DNA from: an uncultured Dokdonia sp.
Lineage (GTDB): Bacteria; Bacteroidota; Bacteroidia; Flavobacteriales; Flavobacteriaceae
Assembly (NCBI RefSeq): GCF_947492535.1
Contig: NZ_CANLNH010000008.1
Location: 120,518 to 184,517, forward strand
DNA: 64,000 bases
Direction of reading: 5' to 3'
Both the position numbers and the translations under genes were made by a program. Under the pieces are notes generated by a model. The model saw only the letters and a list, made by a program, of their open reading frames with translations, was not told where the DNA came from and ran no database searches. Positions 58,501 through 64,000 of the stretch are shown here, piece after piece. Within the stretch, counting starts at the first letter, position 1. Every line of letters begins with the position of its first letter.

Positions 58501-58667
58501 TGGCCAATTGGGATGTAATCCCAATTCATACCATTAATCATAAAATCTTTTCCGTCTACCATTAATTTCATACCATCATTAGCATTTTCAACAGTAACTT
58601 TATTTGCTTGCGCTACTATTGAAGTTGAGGCTAGAAATAGAAATAGTCTTAATAAATAATGTTTCAT
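55551..58667 (-). CDS. GH2-like TIM-barrel domain fused to a predicted outer-membrane beta-barrel
   Basis: Signal peptide; MGVNTIRQY, LGNENNY, FTEFGSD; about 600 C-terminal aa of amphipathic strands (FTGYAQRKF, WGGKLKVKY, FAANLGFVY, WEIRTYLHINI). Confidence 0.75.
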   Translation of the reverse strand: MKHYLLRLFLFLASTSIVAQANKVTVENANDGMKLMVDGKDFMINGMNWDYIPIGQTVATTSYQFWNQSDDIIKEALDAEMSLLKNMGVNTIRQYVGVKPKWVQYIYENYGIYTMINHSFGRYGLTIDGAWEPNTDYADPRVREILLKETAAMAREFKDTPGILLFLLGNENNYGLFWDGAETEDIPEEDSKTKPRARAMYKLFNEATVEMKKIITSQPVAICNGDLLFLDIIAQECKDIDIYGTNMYRGISFGDAFERVKNEYGKPIMFTEFGSDAFNAIQNQEDQQAQAYYMVGNWKDIYANAAGLGKAGNSIGGFTFQFSDGWWKYGQTTNLDIHDNNASWPNGGYQKDFVEGENNMNEEWFGICAKGPTNAKGLYTLYPRAAYYALKEAHELNPYTLGTTAATVENHFNDIQIIDAVLRARGDKAASGTAGGNKIKISSLRAEFTTFNTGGDRITTPEDRDPNANTFPDQLGFDNMESYYIGVEASPMPGLRANVVTNILGNVARNPIDEIFFENRGRPVNVETDNGIVPITDNNRVQIYQAEFDWNTKYANVKGFYRTGHYHWGYEGDFFGLYPEANYGPNIDLYNGLAPFGFEFEGKKEFKGLKVAFGPELWWGANPAVLVKYEKQFGKYKVAGIFHEDIAQQGGAGVTSGAIPQPRTRRFTGYAQRKFGKFDVELGGIWAGQPLNGREYQIVQNDENGNTNVLVNTIDSDDNWGGKLKVKYTGGKFNWYAQAAAQGLVAGGGADYTKTFTGWRLKDSGSGNQYNFLTGFTYTIGNLQIAPNFLWQEPIVDPIPIGSPAPARARNILADPFVVRSNRRTTAGEILLTYDPTPGSWFYEWDNDRAEDAPFAANLGFVYRHLPTTQDAAIGFFGNSRVPVAFEAAPSAQDLWEINGRIVSKFNPDFGLIANFFGGNGQANGSDERVINRYGTDVRVIYNKLKLITEVKVDDWGPFDFHRDFNLTFPLQFKVDLSTTVGKPDWFILPNTRIGIRYTWRSLDNFSPRFQFQDPIDMGFPNGNEWEIRTYLHINIGK

Positions 58668-58937
58668 TGAATCATTGGTTTTAGTAAGTATGTTAACATC
58701 ATTTTATAATTATGATGAGTTATAATTCTTCTGTGTCTAGTAAATATATAATTATGAAATATTAATATCATTAAATATAAATGCACAAAAACTATACATT
58801 TAGCTTATTTATGTTTGTTTTTTTGAGAATTTGATGGTTTTTGCTTGCTAATATTGAGAATATTGATATTTGGAGTGTTTTTATTTTAACATTAAAAAAT
58901 CACTGCTGTATAGCTATTTTTTGTTAATTTTTTGTTA

Positions 58938-58959
58938 ATGCTGTAGTAATGTTGTAGTG
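58938..58959 (-). promoter_or_regulatory. Candidate operator (11-bp direct repeat)
   Basis: ATGCTGTAGTA-ATGTTGTAGTG; matches 61926-61947 in inverted orientation at 17/22. Confidence 0.5.
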
Positions 58960-59097
58960 ATTTCATTTCTTGTATAGGCGTTATTGCCTCTGAGTATGAG
59001 TTAAAAATGTGATTTAATAACTCATTTAGATAAATATAGAATCTGTAAACGATCTAAATCTGCTTCTTTTAGTCACTATTTAAGCAAAAAAAGCTAT

Positions 59098-61902
59098 ATG
59101 ATAAAGTATATTATACGTTTACTCTTTTTACTATTTTCTTCTGTTTTTCTAAAAGCTCAAGAACTTCCTCCTGTAATAAACTATCCTCCTAGTGTATATG
59201 ATGCTGATAATCAAAATTGGATGCTTACTCAGGGTCCTGATAAAACAATATATGTAGCTAATAATAGAGGTTTGTTAGTCTTTAATGGGGCACAATGGGA
59301 TTTATATCCTTCTCCTAATAAAACGATTGTTAGAGGTGTTAAAGCTGTTGCTGATAATATATATACAGGCGCCTACATGGATTTTGGTGTATGGGAAAAG
59401 GATAGTACAGGTGTCTTGAAATACACTTCTATTGTTGCAAGTCTGAAAATAGAAATGATTGAAGATGAACATATTTGGAACATAGAAAGTTATGGTCAAT
59501 ATGTTCTTTTTCAATCTCTAGATCGGATTTATATATATGATTCTTTAGACCATCAGATTCAAATGATTACTCCAGATCAACAAGTGGTACGATTATTTTT
59601 AGTAGGTGATGATTTGTTTTTCCAAGTTAAAGAAAGAGGATTATATTCTATAGAGAGTGGGGAAGCCATTCTCTTTAGTTCAAATCCTGTGCTTCTTCAG
59701 GAACGTTTAATTAATCTCTTTAGAATTGATGGTGAATTAATAGGCGTTACAGCAAATAATGGTTTTTATAGTATAGAAGAGGAACAGTCCGTACCTTGGA
59801 ATGTAGTAAGTAATGAATCAATTAAAGAATATACGGTTTATAGTGCTATTCAACGCAAAAATGAGTCAATAGTATTAGGAACTATTGAAAATGGAATTGT
59901 TCAGCTTTCAAAAACAGGGGCATTTGAATACCAGATAAAGCAAGGTAACGGTCTGAATAATAATACAGCACTTGCATTGTTAGAAGACAAAGACCAAAAC
60001 TTATGGATTGGTTTAGATGCAGGAATAGATTGTGTAAATAATCAAAGTGCTTTTTATCATTATATAGATGTGAGTGGAAGATTAGGGACAATATATGCTT
60101 CTGCAGTTGTAAATGGTTATATGTATTTAGGAACAAATCAAGGGCTCTTTTATAAACCTGAAAATTCGCAATCAGAGTTTATTAGAATGCCTGGTACTGA
60201 GGGGCAAGTGTGGAATTTACGAATTATAGATGGTACGCTGTTTTGTGGACATAATAATGGAACTTATATTATAGAAGGTGCTAAGAATAAATTAATTGCA
60301 GGTATTGAAGGTACCTGGGATATTAAAAAAATAGAAGGAAAAGAAAACCTTTTATTACAAGGGAATTATGATGGTCTTTATGTTTTGGAAAAGTCTCCAC
60401 AAGGATGGGAAATAAGAAATAAAATTGAAAACTTCGTTAATTCATCAAAACACTTTGAGGTTACAAGCAATACTAAAATCCTTGTTAATCACGAGTATAA
60501 AGGTGTTTTTGAAATAACTGTAGATGATGAATACCAACAAGCTTTAAAGGTATTTAAAAATACAAGTGTGAATATTGGTGATCATTCTAGTTTAGCAAGA
60601 TTGAATGAAACTATTTTTTATGCAAATCAAGAAGGAGTGTTTGTATATGAAATTAATAGTGCAGAATTTAAACGAGAAGAAAAGCTCAGTCTTATATTTA
60701 ATGATAAAACCTTTGTTACTGGAAAACTTGTAGAAGATCGAAATAGGTTGTGGGCATTTACAAAAGATAATCTTATATGTATTTCTAGAGATAAATTAGA
60801 CGGTGCTTTTACGATACAAAAAATATTTATACCCATTAGTTTACGTAATACTGTAGAGGGATATGAAAGTTTTGTTCGTTTTAGTGAAAATGAATACTTA
60901 TTAGGTACTTCAAATGGTTATATAGTTGTCAATACGAATGATGCTGATAATGTTATTGAAGAGTATAAAATAAAATTAAATTCTGCCAGTGTTCATAGTT
61001 TAGGAAAGTCACCAAGATTAGTTCCTTACAGTGATGAAATAGAGTTTTCATCAAGAGACAATAACGTAAGTTTCTCCTATAGTGTTCCTGAATATGATAA
61101 GTTCCTTACTACTGAATATTCATACTTATTAGAAGGCCTGTATGATGTATGGAGTCCTTGGACTACGAATCCGAGTATACATTTTGAAAATTTGCCACAT
61201 AGTTCTTATACTTTTAAAGCAAAAGCGCGTGTAGGAGGGAAGGAAACAACTAATGAAATAACATATTCTTTTGTAATTAATAGGCCTTGGTATCTGTCTA
61301 ATTTAAGTATCGTTTTATATGTTATTCTAACGGTGCTATTATTTATCTTATTGAATTGGTTTTATAAACGGTATTATAGAAAACAGCAACAATTAGCGCT
61401 TGATAGAACAAAAAGAGATATGGAATTGAAAGCTTTAGAGAGTGAAAAACAAATTGTAGAATTAAATAATGCCAATTTAAAACAAGATATAGATGCTCGT
61501 AATAGAGAATTAGCAGTTTCTACCATGAATATGGTTAATAAGAATAAAACCCTCAACGCTATTAAAAATGCATTATTAAAGGCTGAAAGAGTTGAAGATA
61601 TAAATAAGATTATATCATTAGTTGATAAGACTATAGAGAATGAAGAAGATTGGAACTTTTTTGAAGAAGCCTTTAATCATGCTGATAAAGATTTTTTTAG
61701 AAAAGTGAAAGAGAAGCATGCTTCTTTAACAGCCAATGATTTGAAATTATGTGTCTATTTACGATTAAATATGTCTTCTAAAGAAATAGCACCATTATTA
61801 AATATCTCCTCACGTAGTGTTGAAATAAAACGCTACAGACTTCGTAAGAAATTAGACTTATCAAGGGATATCAACCTAAATGATTACTTCATTAACCTTT
61901 AA
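59098..61902 (+). CDS. Membrane-spanning regulator: periplasmic propeller + Y_Y_Y + TM + LuxR-type HTH
   Basis: TEYSYLLEG...WSPW...F.NLP...YTFKAKAR; C-terminal LTANDLKLCVYLRLNMSSKEIAPLLNISSRSVEIKRYRLRKKL; no kinase domain. Confidence 0.9.
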   Translation: MIKYIIRLLFLLFSSVFLKAQELPPVINYPPSVYDADNQNWMLTQGPDKTIYVANNRGLLVFNGAQWDLYPSPNKTIVRGVKAVADNIYTGAYMDFGVWEKDSTGVLKYTSIVASLKIEMIEDEHIWNIESYGQYVLFQSLDRIYIYDSLDHQIQMITPDQQVVRLFLVGDDLFFQVKERGLYSIESGEAILFSSNPVLLQERLINLFRIDGELIGVTANNGFYSIEEEQSVPWNVVSNESIKEYTVYSAIQRKNESIVLGTIENGIVQLSKTGAFEYQIKQGNGLNNNTALALLEDKDQNLWIGLDAGIDCVNNQSAFYHYIDVSGRLGTIYASAVVNGYMYLGTNQGLFYKPENSQSEFIRMPGTEGQVWNLRIIDGTLFCGHNNGTYIIEGAKNKLIAGIEGTWDIKKIEGKENLLLQGNYDGLYVLEKSPQGWEIRNKIENFVNSSKHFEVTSNTKILVNHEYKGVFEITVDDEYQQALKVFKNTSVNIGDHSSLARLNETIFYANQEGVFVYEINSAEFKREEKLSLIFNDKTFVTGKLVEDRNRLWAFTKDNLICISRDKLDGAFTIQKIFIPISLRNTVEGYESFVRFSENEYLLGTSNGYIVVNTNDADNVIEEYKIKLNSASVHSLGKSPRLVPYSDEIEFSSRDNNVSFSYSVPEYDKFLTTEYSYLLEGLYDVWSPWTTNPSIHFENLPHSSYTFKAKARVGGKETTNEITYSFVINRPWYLSNLSIVLYVILTVLLFILLNWFYKRYYRKQQQLALDRTKRDMELKALESEKQIVELNNANLKQDIDARNRELAVSTMNMVNKNKTLNAIKNALLKAERVEDINKIISLVDKTIENEEDWNFFEEAFNHADKDFFRKVKEKHASLTANDLKLCVYLRLNMSSKEIAPLLNISSRSVEIKRYRLRKKLDLSRDINLNDYFINL

Positions 61903-61906
61903 CTAG

Positions 61907-61947
61907 TACAACATGTTGTTTTTTTAATACAACATTACCACAACAAC
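61907..61947 (+). promoter_or_regulatory. Candidate operator upstream of the CBM-repeat gene
   Basis: TACAACATGTTGT and TACAACATTACCACAACAAC. Confidence 0.5.
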
Positions 61948-62279
61948 TGTATATTTTGTTTAAAGATCACTTGCTTTAAACAAAATCTAAAATATAGTTG
62001 AATCCCTTACATCTATTGGACTTTTTGCTAATTTTTAATATGCTTTATAGTAAACAAAATATTAAATCGTGTTGTATGTTTTTTGTATAGGTCTTCTTTA
62101 GGGATTCATCAAAAAATAGCCCTTAAATTTGAGTAATTCGAAATTACAGTTGGATAGATTTATCAATTTCTTATTGTTTGTTGGTTTTAGTTTCATAATC
62201 AATAACAAGTCGGTCAATTATATGTTATCTGTATTTCAATGATCTTAGAATTTAATGAATGCTTAATACACACACTATT

Positions 62280-64000
62280 ATGAAAAAAATTACTTTTTTA
62301 GTTTTTATGTTTCTCGGAGCAATTGTTCTTCAGGCCCAAGAAAATTTATTGTCAAACGGCGATTTTGAACAAGGAATGGTTACTTGGTTTGGAAACGCTT
62401 TTAATGTGCAAGAAGATGGAGGAAATAGTTTCAATTTATCGGATAATGAAATTTCAGGAAATCCATTTGATGTAAATTTAAGTCACCCAGTAGAACTAAC
62501 AGCTGGATTAACGTATACATTAAGTTTTGATGCATCAACTTCTATGGAAAATGGAAGCAGAACGATTATTGCGGGTATTGGTCTTAATGAAGGTGATTTT
62601 GCAGCAGCTACTGAAGTAGTTACAGTAACTTCAGACTTCCAAACATATACACTTACATTAACGCCGCCAGCAGGAAGTATGAATAGTCGTGCTTTATTTG
62701 ATTTAGGTGCAGATGGTGGTGTCCTAGTAATTGATAACGTCGTTCTAACAGTCGAGGAAACAATGAATGAGGACAATTTATTATCAAATGGAGATTTTGA
62801 AGAAGGAATGGTTACATGGTTTGGTAATGCATTTAATGTACAGGAAGATGGAGGAAATAGTTTTAATTTATCTGATAATGAAGTTTCTGGAAATCCTTTT
62901 GATGTAAATTTAAGTCATCCAGTAGCATTAGAAGGAGGAGTAACATACACTTTTAGTTTTGATGCTTCCACTTCAATGGAAGATGGTAGTAGAACGATTA
63001 TAGCAGGTATAGGTCTGAATGAAGGAGACTTCTCAGCAGCTACTGAAGTAGTTACAGTAACTTCAGAAATACAAACATATACACTTACATTAACACCTCC
63101 AGCAGGTAGTGCAAATAGTCGTGCATTATTTGACTTAGGAGCAGACGGTGGTGTTTTAGTACTAGATAATGTAGTTCTAACTGTTGAAGATACAATGACA
63201 GAGGGAGAATTATTAGAGAATGGTGATTTTGAACAAGGAATGGTTACATGGTTTGGAAATGCATTTAATGTACAGGAAGATGGAGGTAACAGTTTTAACC
63301 TATCTGATAATGAAATTTCAGGAAACCCATTTGATGTAAATTTAAGTCATCCAGTAGCATTAGAAGCTGGAGTTGAATATACTTTTAGTTTTGATGCATC
63401 TACTTCAATGGAAGATGGTAGCAGAACAATCATCGCTGGAATTGGTCTTAATGAAGGTGATTTTGCTGCAGCTACTGAAGTAGTTACAGTAACTTCAGAT
63501 TTGCAAACATATACATTCACGTTAACACCTCCAGCAGGTAGTGCAAATAGTCGTGTATTATTTGACTTAGGAGCAGATGGTGGTGTTTTAGTATTAGATA
63601 ATGTATCGTTGATGGTAGCAGATGGCGGTGGAGATCCTGTAGTGCCATTAGTAGCTGCACCAACACCTCCAGCAAGAGCAGAAGATGCTGTATTCTCTAT
63701 TTTTAGTAATGCATACAACAATCAACCTAATGTAGTTTTTGGAGCTTTTGATGTAGGTACTACAGATATTGAAACTATTCAAATTGAAGGCGATGATACA
63801 CAACAAATCAATTTAAACCAACCAGCAGCAGAATTCTTGCTAGTAGATTGGGGAGAAGTTGTAGACAATACAGCTATGACGCATTTCCATATGGATTACT
63901 GGATTGATACTCCTTTATCTGCTGGTTTAATAGCAAATCCATTATGGTCTAACCACGTTGGGGATGCTGGTGAAACATCTTCATTTGGATTAACAAACCC
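62280..64000 (+). CDS. Secreted protein with 3 tandem CBM4_9-like modules (3' end beyond the window; not in ORF track)
   Basis: Manual translation MKKITFLVFMFLGAIVLQAQENLLSNGDFEQG..., open to the window end; then AAPTPPARAEDAVFSIFSNAY. Confidence 0.9.
   Translation, partial: MKKITFLVFMFLGAIVLQAQENLLSNGDFEQGMVTWFGNAFNVQEDGGNSFNLSDNEISGNPFDVNLSHPVELTAGLTYTLSFDASTSMENGSRTIIAGIGLNEGDFAAATEVVTVTSDFQTYTLTLTPPAGSMNSRALFDLGADGGVLVIDNVVLTVEETMNEDNLLSNGDFEEGMVTWFGNAFNVQEDGGNSFNLSDNEVSGNPFDVNLSHPVALEGGVTYTFSFDASTSMEDGSRTIIAGIGLNEGDFSAATEVVTVTSEIQTYTLTLTPPAGSANSRALFDLGADGGVLVLDNVVLTVEDTMTEGELLENGDFEQGMVTWFGNAFNVQEDGGNSFNLSDNEISGNPFDVNLSHPVALEAGVEYTFSFDASTSMEDGSRTIIAGIGLNEGDFAAATEVVTVTSDLQTYTFTLTPPAGSANSRVLFDLGADGGVLVLDNVSLMVADGGGDPVVPLVAAPTPPARAEDAVFSIFSNAYNNQPNVVFGAFDVGTTDIETIQIEGDDTQQINLNQPAAEFLLVDWGEVVDNTAMTHFHMDYWIDTPLSAGLIANPLWSNHVGDAGETSSFGLTN
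62343..63617 (+). repeat. Three tandem CBM modules (432-nt period)
   Basis: Module starts at 62343, 62775 and 63207. Confidence 0.92.

Noticed and set aside
701-63721. Many short ORFs in the track that overlap long genes in antisense or alternative frames (e.g. 701-1003, 9955-10294, 35580-36026, 45984-46430, 54376-54801, 62483-62776, 63347-63721)
   Set aside because: They lie largely or wholly within well-supported genes and show no motifs; the last two are shadows of the unlisted 62280 ORF
1-64000. tRNA, rRNA, transposase, integrase, reverse transcriptase, cas or defence genes
   Set aside because: None recognised in the ORFs or intergenic DNA

Overview
AT-rich bacterial DNA whose gene content and TAnnTTTG promoters point to a marine Flavobacteriaceae (inference; Dokdonia-like). 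Layout: a cluster of secreted 'QVGIGTT.P' proteins (1-1.8 kb); housekeeping genes nhaC, tpx, dgkA, ftsK, lolA, lptF/G, ribB, lpdA and heme A synthase (2-14 kb); a long accessory stretch of mostly minus-strand small genes, peptidases, a hybrid two-component system and an MFS transporter (14-42 kb); and a beta-1,3-glucan (laminarin-type) utilisation locus (42.3-64 kb). That locus holds GH17 x3 (one fused to an MFS), GH30, probable GH149, GH16, a glycan-binding lipoprotein, a GH2-like/beta-barrel fusion, a propeller-LuxR regulator and a CBM-repeat protein running off the right end, with no susC/susD inside the window. Strongest unexplained signals: (1) a 20-bp palindrome TACGCTTTCGCGAAAGCGTA at 17 sites, both intergenic and in frame inside genes, including a 65-bp composite form translated inside heme A synthase and one copy split by a second palindrome; (2) a hydrolase-barrel fusion in the susC position; (3) a triplicated box-plus-promoter module before an orphan gene with a tail-fibre-type N-terminus; (4) a leader-peptide attenuator before the MFS gene; (5) five near-identical CBM modules shared in inverted orientation by two genes. 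No database search was run; family calls rest on recognised motifs.
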